Shown here piece after piece: positions 44,448-58,101 of a stretch of DNA of 64,000 nt (within the stretch, counting starts at the first letter, position 1; each line of letters opens with the position of its first letter). The stretch is from Saccostrea cucullata (lineage: Eukaryota), in contig NW_026930195.1 in NCBI RefSeq assembly GCF_032062105.1, forward strand, positions 1 through 64,000, written 5' to 3'. The position numbers and the translations under genes were made by a program. The notes beneath the pieces are model-generated. The model searched no databases. It saw nothing but the letters and a program-made list of their open reading frames with translations, and had not been told where the DNA came from.

Positions 44448-47400
44448 ATGGCGGCCAACGTAATGTTTGGCCAGTTGGGAAGAAGGAGGGCTGATAGAGT
44501 GTTTAGAGAACGTTTCTCTGTAGAAAACATGACTGACGAGGACATCCGTAGGCGATATCGCTTTGGAAAAGACTCAATTAAACAAATAGTAGAGCTTCTT
44601 GATCCTATTATCGGCCACAGAACGAGAAGGTCGAAGGCGCTATCAACAGAATTACAGGTACATAACTGGTTAAAAAACTTACTTTGTCATACAATGTATT
44701 GTCCAGATGAAAATAGTCAAGAACACCACCATATATACCCCCATTTCCTTGTTTCGGTTTGGTTGATTACGTCACATATTGCGTCACCTGACATTATTTA
44801 CCCATAGATAACCCAAGAATAATGAACCAGGAATAATTCATAATAATTACACATATTTCTATACCTCAAGTGGATTTCTAATAATGTTTTAATTTTTTTT
44901 GTTTGATTATAAACAGCTGAACCGTGACGACAAAATTCTTGATTGATTCTAAATACGAGTTATTCCCCTTCACTTATCAAGGCATATAGGTGCCAAGAAT
45001 CCCCTCCCACAATTTAATTTCTACCCATCATTGCATCAACACGAAATATATTTACGTAGACTGCCTTTTTTAATTTTGCTTGTAAGTAATTTTCTGTTAT
45101 CACCACCCCTAGTTTTTGATGAAAAATTATGCTACATACATTTTTCTTTAATTTATACAAAATTTTATTCACATAAGTGATTGGGATTGGGCAGCAGGCA
45201 AAGCGTATTTTAGCCCTCTCCCTACATACATGATACTTTTTGTATTTTACTAGAAACACTTGAGAAAAAAATAATTTCAATTAAATTCATTTATTCGGGG
45301 GGGGGGTGCAAATAAAGACATAATGTAGGCTGATATATTGAACACTATAAATTTTTTATCTGTTGCGTGAGAATAGTTTTTCTAACATAATATCTATACT
45401 ACACATACAGTATATTTTCGATATTATCGGAGAAAAGTAAACATGAATCCATGCAGTTTGCAGACCATAAACGCGATTTATAGAATGAGTCTACAAACAA
45501 ATTCCTTTTTTCTTTAAAAAAAATAGATTTTGATCGCCTTGAGATTTTATGCCAGTGGAAGTTTTCTTCAAGTTCTTGGTGACACAACCGGCGTCGACAA
45601 GTCAACCGTCTCTCGAATCGTTGTGAAAGTGTCACAGGCGCTGGTATCTCTTGCACCCAGATTTATTAAATGGCCAGTAGACGAGGAGCTAACCAGAATC
45701 AAGAGTGAATTTTTTAAATTAGCGGGCTTTCCAGGTGTTATTGGATGTATCGACGGAACTCACGTGAGGATCCAAGGACCGTCAGAGAATGAACCAGCAT
45801 TTGTAAATAGGAAGGGCTACCACTCAATCAATGTTCAGGCAATATGTGATGATACTGGTATGCAAAAAATGAGATTTGATTTAAGATATATTCTTTTAGA
45901 TTCTTTTAAAATACTTTAAAGAGATTTTCTTTGAAATTACATTTACATCATTTCAATGATTTAGAATTTTTCGGAAATTAGAATAAGAGCTCGAGTAACC
46001 ATGAATAACCGTTGAATACCCCCCCCCCTTCCTCCCCGAGGAAACTTGCATGGTCAGATTAAAATGAATTGAGGAGAGTACTTGTTTAGAAGTGTGCAAA
46101 CGTTTTCTTTTTGTCAGATCAATAGATATTTGAATCACATTAAATGATTTTTAGCACAATCTGCTCAGCAATGCCCCTTTGCCTTAAAGTAAAATTCATG
46201 GACTCACCCAAGCTGTAATTATTGCGCTTTTTTGATGGATTCCTTTTTTGATACAGGTAAATTTACCAACATCGTGGCAAGATGGCCAGGTAGCACACAT
46301 GATAGCCACATATTTAACATGAGTGGGATAAAGCAAGATATTGAGCAGAACTTCCGTTCAATCAACGATGGCATCATTTTGGGCGATAGCGGGTATGCCT
46401 GTAAGCCATATCTCATGACACCATACCTCCGACCCTCCTCTCAGGCCCAGGAGCGCTTTAATACAGCGCACTCTAAAACACGTGTGACCATAGAGAGGAC
46501 TTTTGGTTGGTGGAAACGACGGTTTCATGTCCTTCACTCCGAAATCAGAATGAAACCAGAGAGAGTGTGCACAATAATTGGTAAATATATATATATAAAA
46601 TACATTAATGCAGAATTGTCATTTTATATAATCAACTAGCCTATATGTACTTTGTACAGAAAGAAACATGAGAAAGAAGTAATATAATTCAGAGAGTTGT
46701 ACGTAGTTCCTAGCTTTCAGGATCTTGCTGGTAGATCAAGGAACAAGGATTTATGGCATATTGTAACTGTTTTTGCAAATATGCATTGTTTGATACCAAA
46801 CTTTAAGGTCTTGATCTAAAAAATTACGAGACATTCTGAAAGGGTAGAGGTCACACGTTAAAAGAAAAATCTGTCATCTCACATTAAAAAAAAACAAAAA
46901 ACAAACAACAAATGTTATTAAATTTAAAGCAGGTCAAATTTCATGGCAAAGGTCAATAGTCAAAGGTTACAGTATACATACAGTATACACACATGAAATG
47001 TTAAACCCTTTATATTTAGCTTTTGTTAAACTATATTACAGGCACCTGACATTACTTATTTTTCTTTTAATAAAAAATATACTCCCTACCTAATAATAAA
47101 CCTTTGTTTATCATTATGTCAATCTGATTAAAATCAGATCTTTGTTACGCTCCGAAATTCTGATAGTCGCTGCGACATATAAAAAAATCGGGGAGCGGAT
47201 GGAAGATCTAATTTTAATTAGATTGATCATTATGTATGAGTATATATTTTTTATTGAAAGAAAAATAAGTAATGTCAGGTGCCTGTGTACTATATGTGCA
47301 TTTATAACCGAGAGAAAATCTCACAAACGAATAAAATTACATCATTTATACAGTATACCGCTTTCTATGCATGGTTGTTGGTACAGTTGATTAAAATCAA

Positions 47401-48197
47401 ATCTATAAAGCTATAAAGCATAACATTAAAATCTTTACATTTAATGTACAAGTATGTACGATATTTGTTCGAAAAGTTGGTGGACTGATTCAATAAAATT
47501 GATACTATGAAGTCTATGCTAACATTTATTTAAGGAACATAAAACAACAAAAGGCGAGTAAAACTACATCGATTGTTTGACAAAGAAACCCTACCCCTTT
47601 CTGAGGTAATTACAACCCCTTAATCGTTTGAAAATTTCATCTAAATTTTACGATAAAATTTCATAGAACTTATAGATTGGGGTTAAAATCGCAAATTTTA
47701 AGGTACATTTGTATTATACCACATGGATGAATAAACTGCATTTTTGGATGACAAATGTTCATGTAAAATAAAAATTCAGCTTATACACTTAGAAAGAAAA
47801 CACGTAATCTTTGAGGTTGCGCCGCCTTGACATACCGTTGCTCTCAATAGCATCAACAATTTGTTAACAATATAACTATTACATATAATTATGTTTATTT
47901 ATATGAAGAAAAATGATTCTAATTATCGATAAGTGTTTAAAAAATCATTGATGTATCTTAAGTGGTTTCAATTTTATGGCTCTAGTCCACGAACTTTTCG
48001 AACAACCCTCGTATTTCATTGTTCACAAATAAATTTCACTTTTAGGTGCTTGTGCAGTTTTGCATAACCTGGCTATATTGTACAACGAGCCACCGATGGA
48101 TGAAGATTTCACTGTCGATGGAAATATACAAGGGATTTACAATGGACCCGAGGACGGAAAGAACATCAGGAATTACATAACTCAACATTATTTCTAG
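44448..48197 (+). CDS. Harbinger DDE transposase (HARBI1-like), join(44448..44657,45527..45857,46257..46580,48046..48197), 338 aa
   Basis: [53 protein letters not shown] and CAVLHN motifs; all splice phases compatible. Confidence 0.92.
47038..47286. mobile_element. MITE in transposase intron 3
   Basis: ACAGGCACCTGACATTACTTATTTTTCTTT and its reverse complement. Confidence 0.75.
47459..48011. mobile_element. Mariner-type MITE in transposase intron 3
   Basis: TA-CGA...TTGTTCGAAAAGTT.GTGGACT / AGTCCACGAACTTTTCGAACAACCCTCG-TA. Confidence 0.7.
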
Positions 48198-48709
48198 ATA
48201 GGACTTAAACTTCAGTGACTTGATATGGGGTACTCCTGTTCTTTTGATGTGTAAATGTTATGTGCCTTTTAATTAATATGATTTTAAAAGATGAAGATAG
48301 CTTGTAAACCTTCTATATGGAGCCTCTGGACTACATGTATACAATAATCTTTTTGGACACCGTGAATAGTTTTCGTATTTAAAAGTGCTGATTTAAACAT
48401 GTTGAATATATTATAAATATATACCTTTTCTTTATATTTCATTTTCAACTTAGGAAAAGAAGTCAGATAACTTTCTGGAGACTATAAGTGATTAATTTGA
48501 TGGCTGTTGTATCTATTTATTTGATCATGTATGATATATATAATTTTTTTTTCTATCTGGCACCTACCGACTCCCGTACCAACTGTACAGTACATGTACA
48601 GGTGCGTATTAGATGGTGTAGTTTTCAGAGTTCATTCGCATTTATAAATGTAATTTATCGTATATTTGATTAAAAGAACTAATTCAGTGATGCATGATTC
48701 GTTTATTCA

Positions 48710-51700
48710 TTAATCTTCATTGGGTAAATCTAATTCCAACCGCAATTTTTTGTTCATTAATTGATAATAAATAGTTTGCTCCTGTATCTTCTTCTTCTGT
48801 TCTACCAAAACTTCGTACTGCATTCTTGTAACATCTTCGGGCCTTATTCTTCTACGTTGACTACGATCAGTTGGAGTTCTCGCTGTTTTAGAGCTAAAAT
48901 GTGTAACAGGTCAAGAGTGAATTTAATTTTACTGTAGTGCATTCGGGATAATACGGAAGCCAATTTAGGACTACAAAAATATTTTGATAAACGAATTTTC
49001 GAATTTGTTATAACAAATTTAATTCATTCTAACAATTTTTTTCAAATTGTTATAACGATTTTAATCTGTTTTAACAAATTTGTTGAATTCATTGTAACGA
49101 ATTCTAAAATTTGTTATAACGAATTAATTCGTTAAAACGAATTCAAAAATTTGTTATAACAAATTAAATTCCTTCAAACAAATTCCAAAGTTTGTTATAA
49201 CGAATTAAATTCGTTTAATCAAATTCAATAATCAAAGCTTATAGAAAAATATATATGAATTCGATATAACGATTTGTCGAATTCGTTTTAACGAATTTAA
49301 TTCGTTATAACAAATTATGGAATCCGTTTAAACTAATTCAAATCGTTATAACAAGTTTTAGAATCTGTTAAAACGAGTTAAATTAAGGAATGAAGCGTAT
49401 TTCAACTTATGTTATCCGATATAACATAACTTGGGGGCGGTTACGCTTTATAAACCGCGAGAATTCGTTATATCGGATTCAAAAATATTTTTCGATAGGT
49501 CCTAAATGGGCTTTCGTAGGATAACAATATTCATTGTAAACTGAATTACAATTTTATAATTTGTGGTAGCTTGTAAAGAATTTAAATAAAGCTTTTATAA
49601 TTATGTACCGATACATGTCTATTTATTGAATTGAAAAGATATTCGTGCACATCTATATTAAAAATTAATTTATTTACATATTTGGCTCCATGTTTGTCGT
49701 CGCAGTCGTAGTTGGCTCATCTGTCGCAGATACATGCACTTCCGCCGCCACGGTTACCAGATTCTGTGCTACATGTAGATCGGGACACTCGTTTAACTCT
49801 CCTTCGTTGAGTTGATTGCTTGCTGTCGGAATGAGAAGTTCCGTAAGCATGGACACAGTTTGTGGTGATCCCAATACCGGTATCTCTATGTTGCCTTCGT
49901 CTGTTCAGAAAAAAAATTATAATACAAAAAAGAAATTCTGCTGCTAATTACCCAGAATATAAATTTAACATATTTCAAATACTACAAAGTCCTTGGAGGG
50001 CTATAGACTGCATAAGGAGGGTGGAAAGGGGGTGGGTGGGTTGATTTTCAGAGTAAACCAAAAAGTAGCCTTAGACACCCCCCTTCCACAATGAGAAAAA
50101 CAAATCCCACTTAATACTGTAAAAAAAAAGTGATCTTTTTTCAGTTAAAAAAAACATGCCGATCCCACCCCTCCAATAAAATAAGATTTTCAGTTCTGTG
50201 CAATCTGTTTTCTTTTTTGTGTGTGTCACTGTGTGTGTTGTGTTTGTTTGCTTGTCAAAAAAATATCCAAGTCCTTCATTTGTTACGGCTGATTGTGGAC
50301 TTTGATCCCCTGAAAAAAAACACGAATATGCCCCCTGAAATTTGACAAAATTTACACATATGGCATACAGAAAATTCCATCATTAGATAAACAAAATCAT
50401 GACGAAACCTTTTAAGGTAGACCACCAACTCAAATATTTCATGTAAGTAATGTGCTAAAATAGCTAAGGACCATCGTCGGAAACCCACGACCAATCTGGC
50501 ATATACGCTTATATTAATTGTTCGTGGGTTTCAGACGATGAATTCATAAGGACACTTTTAATTGTCCATCACACGAAAGGTGGCGTTGTTAGTACGATGA
50601 CGTCATTTTGTGAATGAATGTTGAGGGAGTTAGGACTGTTTTATTTTGCCTGTGTGTCGATCATAGTTGGGCTTGAAAGAAGAGACTCTTGCGGCTTTCT
50701 GTTTGGAATATTTAACTGAAACTAAACAAGGTAGATGATTCTGATTCAACATACCGAGGCATATATTTTAGCTTTTCCTTGTGTAGTTTACAAATTACTG
50801 CAGTGATATAAAAACAAAACAAAGGGAGAATACTGGTTTATGTATGAAATGACTTTTCACAATGTTTGGTCGAAATAGTTTTTCACAGATTTCAGCTTTA
50901 TCTACTTTACTTTAGTGAGTGAAACCAAAATTTCTCTTATAAAGTTACGTTAAGATGTATTATCAATTATAGAATCAAGTCAATCGTTGCCATTTGCACA
51001 CAATTGAGTGATTGACTTGAGAAAACAATTAATTTATATAGCTACTGCCCAATTCATAATTTGATGATAATTAAAAGGACCTCTTCGCAGGTATAGAAAA
51101 TGTTTTGATATTATTACATTTAATTTATACTTTAGATGATATTGATAGTTATTTTGGTGCATTTACACGATATTTCTTCTAGGGTACATGTAACGTAATA
51201 GATCATTTTGCAACTTAATTCCGATTGAACGTTTATCTAGAATACATCACCCCACCCCCTCACCGAAAAGAAATAAGACCCTTACAAATCAGTCAAGTAT
51301 AATTGCCCTTATTGGTCGATATAACATTTAATATACGCAATTCATTATTTTTTAACCTACAATACTACATACTACATTTTTTTCTTTAAATCACAAAACG
51401 TGAGGCGGGGGGGGGGGGGGGGGGGGGGGGGGCAAACAGCCTTTCAATTAACAATCCCCCCCCCTTGCGCTATGCCTTTAATTAGTATCTAATATACTGT
51501 GTTTCTTACAAGTTAGGAACTCAAACCTACCAGGAGCCTGAGTCTCGAATCCAGACAATCCAGTAAAGGTTGGAGAATCTTTATAGATGTCGATAATTTT
51601 TTCGCTGACCGTCGACAAAGGTTTGGCGCAGGGTCCTCCTCCCGTTCGCCTCTGTGAAAGTTTGTTGTTGCTAAATTCCTTTTTTGCCGTCTGGTGCATA

Positions 51701-51936
51701 TTCGTCCATTTGGTTTTAATTTCTTTAGTTGTGCGACAGGAAACCCCTAAGGCATTAATTTGCTCAGTGATGTTGTCCCAAACTTTTTTCTTTTTCTCGT
51801 TGGTAACGCTGTTTGTGAGTTTGCTATTAATGATGTCAACATTTCTCTCCACTAGATCAGCTAAAAGTTGAATTTCACTTGAATCGAAATTTTTCCCCCG
51901 ATTTCTTTTGTTTTTAAATTGAATTCCATCAGTCAT
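48710..51936 (-). CDS. Harbinger Myb/SANT-like DNA-binding protein; exons 51936-51531, 49900-49678, 48893-48710
   Basis: RGKNF...E..LL...V...K.K.W..I...IN......RT..EI..KW..M...RTGGG. Phase-compatible GT-AG introns; C-terminal coiled coil. Confidence 0.88.
48952..49518. mobile_element. MITE with TACG...CGTA ends and 6-bp TSD (IS3EU-like)
   Basis: GGATAA on both flanks; internal TTGTTATAAC repeats. Confidence 0.75.
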
Positions 51937-52650
51937 TGTGCAGCAGGAGTTTTTGATTTTCGATGAAATGACGTTTCTTTATGATATATCCTTTTAGACG
52001 CTCGGAATGGGTTAGATGACGTAATTTTTAATTTTTGCGTCATAATTAAAATGAGTTCTAATTTCGCGGATTTTTAAACTAGTTTTATTATAGGTTATTA
52101 GTAAACAAAGGAAACGCCCACGGAAGTGGTAACGCAATGCATTACGGGATATCTTTTAATGTTAATAGACCTTTAATGAATTCTTAAATATTTAATGATT
52201 CATTAAGTAATAACACTCTAATGAAGGTTTTGTACAACACATTTTAATGACTTTATTAACTAATGCATCATTAAGAATTTAATGAATCATTAGGCTTAAT
52301 GATTCATTAAATTTAATGAACCGTTGATACAACCGGGTCCAGGTTAGGTATATTTTACATCGAGATGCACCATAAAATCGTACTTTCGCAAGGGCATACA
52401 CTGCATAGATCTTAATCATTTTTTGAATATAGATAAAGGATATAATCCTTAAGTGGAAAAGTGCTGCTGCTTTCTTTAAATCAAAGGTGTGATTTCATAA
52501 GTACACAAAATATTTGGTAAAAGTCTTGCATTTTTTTACATTGGCCTATTTACTTAAAAATTTAACTATTAGGCTAAAACGCGAATTCTATTCAAAGCAG
52601 CAGCACTTTTCAGAAACTACAAAGTATGCAGAAAGAATTAAAAGCTTGAT

Positions 52651-53990
52651 TTTTTAGCTCTACTGGTCAGAGACCAGAAGAGCTTATGCGATAGTTATGC
52701 GTCCGGCGTCCGTCCGTCTGTCTGTAAACAATTTTTTTCAAAATGCTACTCCTCTTACAATTTAGGTTTGATTTCAGTATAACTTGGCACACAAGTAGAC
52801 TTCACTAAGATACATAAAATAGTGCATCGGTTTTTGATTTCGATGAACGGTGTTGCCATGGTTACTAAAAATGAAATTTTCTGTTAAATTCCTTTAAAAC
52901 GCTACTCCTTCTACAGTGTTTGTCTGATTTCAATATAACTTGGCACACAAGTAGACTACATTAAGATACGTAAAATAGTGCAACGATTTTTGATTTCGAT
53001 GATCGGTGTTGCCATGGTTACTAAAAATAGAATTTTCTGTGAAATTCCTTAAAAATGCTACTCCTTCTACAGTTTTGGTCTGATTTCAATATAACTTGGC
53101 ACACAAGTAGACTACACTAAGATACATAGAATAGTGCATCGGTTTTTGATTTCGATGAACGGTGTTGCCATGGTTACTAAAAATATAATTTTCTGTAAAA
53201 TTCCTTAAAAACGCTACTCCTTCTATAGTTTTTGTTTGATTTCAGTATAACTTGGTAGACAAGTAGACTTCACTAAGATACATTGATTAGTGCATCGGTT
53301 TTTGATTTCGATGAACGGTGTTGCCATGGTTACTAAAAATAGATTTTTTTTGTGAAATTCCTTTAAAACGCTACTCCTTCTACAGTTTTGGTCTGATTTC
53401 AATATAACTTGGCACACAAGTAGAATGCACTATGATACATAGAATAGTGCATCGGTTTTTGATTTCAATGAACGGTGTTGCCATGGTTACTAAAAATAGA
53501 ATTTTCTGTGAAATTCCTTTAAAACGCTACTCCTTCTACAGTGTTTGTCCGATTTCAATATAACTTGGCACACAAGTAGACTTCATTAAGATACATAGAA
53601 TAGTGCATCGATTTTTTGATTTCCATTAACGGTGTTGCTATGGTTACTAAACATAGAATTTTCTGTAAAATTCCTTTAAAACGCTACTCCTTCTACAGTT
53701 TTTGTCTGATTTTAGTATAACTTGGTACACAAGTAGACTGCACTAAGATACATAAAATAGTGCATCGGTTTTTGATTTCGATGAACGGTGTTGCCATGAT
53801 TACTAAAAAAAGAATTTTCTGTGAAATTCCTTTAAAACGCTACTCCTTCTACAGTTTTGGTCTGATTTCAATATAACTTGGCACACAAGTAGACTACATT
53901 AAGATACATAGAATATTGCCTCGGTTTTTGATTACGATGAACGGTATTGCTATGGTTACTAAAAATAGAATTTATTGCGAGAATCCTTTT
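52651..53990 (+). mobile_element. HINE/Helentron-like element carrying a ~156-bp satellite (about 8 units)
   Basis: TTTTAGCTC...CTGGTC.GA.ACCAG.AGAGCT head and (GTCC/GTCT)n, then CTACTCCTTCTACAG about every 156 bp. Confidence 0.8.
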
Positions 53991-54322
53991 AAAACACTTT
54001 ATGTACTTAGGAGGAACATAATGTAACTGTGACACAATGAATGGACAGGGTGTTACTACATAGGGTACCACCTTTCAAAGCTTTAATATCTACAGTTACA
54101 TGTATTACAATTGTACTTTATTAGTATAACAACTTGTATACAGCGTTGTACCTAATTGAAATAGCATTGGGCTGTTAATAGCCAGGGAATTACATAGGTG
54201 GGTAAATTCTCAAGACCTTTGGTCTTTTTGACAACCCTGACTATATTTGATATTTGTTATCTCTTTGTTTAGCTGCCCCTTTTTTTAAATAAAATTTCCT
54301 ATGAATAAATTGCCCAATCTAC

Positions 54323-54625
54323 CTGTTTGATGAGAGCACGGCATTTCTTTAACTGCTTTCTAACCAAGAATCCTTTGAATACAGCCTGAATCAGTACAGT
54401 AGACGTTCTGATTTTTTGGTAGAGTCCTCTGGCTTTTTTGCCTCTACAACAGGCCTGTATAGTCACGGCTGATGCTTTGAGAGCAAGGTATTTCTTTCGG
54501 GTTTCTTTCATCGTACGGCGTGCTCTAAAGCGAGTCTGGATAATCTGCGCTGACTTTTTCACTTTCCTGAACCTCTTTTGGTTGATAGATTGACGAATGA
54601 AAGATTGAACGGTAATTGCTGCTTT
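54323..54625 (-). CDS. IQ-motif repeat exon (ASPM-like), 303 nt, phase 0-0
   Basis: TTTTTAG acceptor and CAG/GTAGAT donor; VQSFIR, IQTRFRA, IQACCRG, IQAVFKG. Confidence 0.7.
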
Positions 54626-56414
54626 CTAAAAAAACAAATAGATTGATCAAAATCAAAAATCTAGTATTCAATGCTGTAAAATGATACATGTAATTAATTT
54701 TCAGGAGGTTATATGGGCTAGAACAACAAATATGTCATTAAATAACATACATGTAAAAGTATATAAATATTTCTTAATTTGGTCACCATATTGTCGTTAT
54801 AGCATGTATAGATTACAGGAATTTGAAATTCATGCAGGAACAAAACTTAAAGTCACTGTAATATTTTAAAAAATATATCTATATTCCAAGTAATCTAAAA
54901 AGTAAAAAGTGTTGAGTATTCCAAACATGCCTATATTTTCCCCCTATCAGGGACTTTTACCACAAGTAAAAGAAATAATTTCATAATAGGTGCTAAGGTA
55001 GGGAAATTGGGTCTTATGGACAGCTCTGAGTATATTTGATATTTGTCTCCTGTATTTTGGTAGCTTTTTGTTTTCTTTTTTATTATTAGAATTAAATTCT
55101 GATATTTTTCAAGTGATTTTTCCCATAAAAAATGGTCCCATCTACCTGGTATATGAAGGCACTGTAAAGTTATTTCTAGGCTCCAAAAAGTGATCCATAT
55201 TTTTAACATTTTGACGTTATACCTTTGTAGATTGACTTGTATCTCAGACAGTTGAAACCTCGCCACTAACTAGCATCCCGTGACATCAGTGTTTTACAAA
55301 CATATCTACGGAAGCGTAAATGGCTCTACACTTGTTGTGTAATAACTTTGTATATTGTCTTATTTTGAATCAACTTATCAACATATAAAGTGTTATTCCT
55401 CCTTATTTATGCCCATATTTTAAATTGTTTTAAGAATTTTTAACATAATAGAAGGCATCTTCTTTTGTTCAACAGATTTTATTGCTTTAAAATTTATCGA
55501 CTGAAATACGCAGCACAGTTAAGGTGCGCAATGGAAATATCAATTAAGTTTTGTATTTAAAAATGTATTCGTAATCGGGATGGCGATTATTTTTAGTATA
55601 TTATTTATATCGGATAATTATAATTATGATTAATAACTACATATCGAGGACGATTATATTTTATATTTAGACTAGTCACGTGATGCGGCAGTCACGCGAT
55701 TTTAGCACATTGACTTGAAGTATTGATGTTACATATAAATGTCACTAGTGCAAGGGCATAACCAAGATAAATTTCCAAGTTTAGTACATATTTTCAACAC
55801 GCATTATAGTTTCTAAAAAGTGCTGCGATCCTGTCTAAATTCTGCAATTTCATTGTTAAAATTATACTTGTATGACCGAATGCTATATTTTTTGCTGGTC
55901 AGCGGCTTGAAATATTGATATAATTAAATTGTTTTTAAGATTTCATCAGGATCGCAGCACTTTTCAGATACCTGAATAGATCTATAGTTGAAATATAAAA
56001 GCTTACTTTGATCCATAGAGTGTATGCCCTTGCACTAGAACGATTTATTAAGACCCCCCACATTACCCTCCGATGTACTTGCATACAAATATACGGCAGT
56101 GTCAATTAAATACGTAATGTACAGAAAATATATTAATAAAATAGTGAAGAAGACATTAAATTCAAGTTATTGCCCCATATAATATCTGTAAATAATATTT
56201 TATTTAATTAGAGAATGCATATTTTGTTGAGAAAATATTACTTGATCTGTCTCTCACTGCATACAAACTACGTCACGTTGTAAGAAATGACGTCATATTG
56301 ACAAGGGTATTGCGATCAGTGACTTGTTTATAACTTGTTATGTGGGATTTAACTAACGACAAAACAACACGCTGTAGTAAATTTTATGTAGTTTGATGAT
56401 TTCTTACTGGTTAA

Positions 56415-58101
56415 GGTAGGTCGCAGGTTTACTGCATAAAAATTCTTACGAGAAAACATATCCTGAAAATTTGATATAATGTTCCTCAGAATTCACAGTA
56501 TATTATCTGCAATTTTCATTAAATTTGCCTACGTAGTTTTAATGCTATAGTACTGTAAACGCGGTATTGTTTTTAGTACTTTTTTACGCTTTACTATTGA
56601 AATGTAGGGAAAAATGACGTTTTAAGCCAATTTTGTGAAAATAGTTTCTTTTAAAACGATTGAATAACTTTTTAAATACGTAGACGAATTAGTCAGGAAT
56701 TTCAAAATGTGAAGATGAGGTAAAAGCAAAACTAATAATTAAAAAAAATCAATATGTCTTCTCGCTAGATTTTTTGCTAAATAATTTCAAAGTTTCCTTT
56801 TAAACTGCTAAAATGTTGCGTTTATGGCGTTATTTATATCTACAGCGTCATTTGTTGAACGCAGTCACGTTTACGGTACGAGTATAAAAATCTTGACTTT
56901 TGGAATATGCAAGATTTAAAAGGTGACATAGATACAAAATTAAACTTTATCAATCATTTAATTTATAGCGGAAACATATTAGTATGACCAGCAACTAATG
57001 TTCACTAATGTAGTGAAATTCATATTCTGAACACAAAGTCAGAATGAACGGTATTGTAAACATTCCTCGTGCACGAGAATTAACGTACAGCGACAACAAC
57101 GCGAATGATAAAATAAACATTACTACCTGTATTTTTAAGAAATCCATGGTCGATAGGATATCAGGCATAACGCAAAAGTCAGATGACTTTATTCGAAATC
57201 TGTAAGAAAATATCCCGATACCGAGGATAAGCGGCCGGGGGGGGGGGGGGGGGTTTACCTGCAATGCTCTTTCTATATTAGTCGCAAGCTATAGTATATG
57301 GCCCTATTAAACATTTGTGTTTGTTTTGTTTTAATTTCAAATTTCAATACGCAAAATGTAAAACACTTGCATTTAGCTTTTACGCTTTCAGCTTTTGTCA
57401 GATAAAAGATCAATATTTAGAACAAATGATACTGTTGTTTACAGTGTCATATAGATCTTACAGGCCAGGTGTTTGTACATGCATAAATTTGATTTTTAAA
57501 TGTATGTAACAATTTATTAGCCAGCAAACGGCTTATAAAAAAAACAAAAAAAAAAAAAAACAGGAAAATGCATGAAATTAAATTTAACGTTTTTTTGTGA
57601 TGAGGATTTCCATTCTGAAAAACTATACGCAAATTTTCGCCCAGGCTCTGATTTGCAGTGCAATACGCATGCTTCCCTGACTTTTCCGCTAAGCAATTTT
57701 TATTCATGATAACTTTCTTTCTGCATAACATAATTTTTACGCTGATTTATTCTGATTGACTATTAGCAGTTTAGTTACACTTACAATATATATTATTCCT
57801 TTCATTGGTATAGTATTTAATTAGTCCCAAGACATAACATATAATCACATCAGAATTCAGACTCAAATTTAATGATACATATAAAACATGTAAGAGGTTT
57901 AAGTACAAAAACATGCACTTTGTATATTAATCTACTTGATTTGTACAGACTGGAAGTCATTTGCAGAGAATTTAGCGGGAAACAACGTAACTTTACCTTT
58001 GTGACGTAACCGAGGTCATAATCAAATGTGCACAAAGCAACCGCTCGAATCGTCAAATTTGTGCACCAAAACTGATGACAAAAGCAAACCCGCGACCTAC
58101 C
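56415..58101. mobile_element. Kolobok-like non-autonomous element with TTAA TSD
   Basis: TTAA-GGTAGGTCGCAGGTTT...AAACCCGCGACCTACC-TTAA. Confidence 0.85.

Larger units (their letters stand above)
44272..52339. mobile_element. Autonomous-type PIF/Harbinger transposon
   Basis: TIRs GATCCGGTTGTATCAA / TTGATACAACCGGGTC, CAG TSD on both sides, subterminal TTAATGAA repeats, two convergent genes. Confidence 0.93.
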
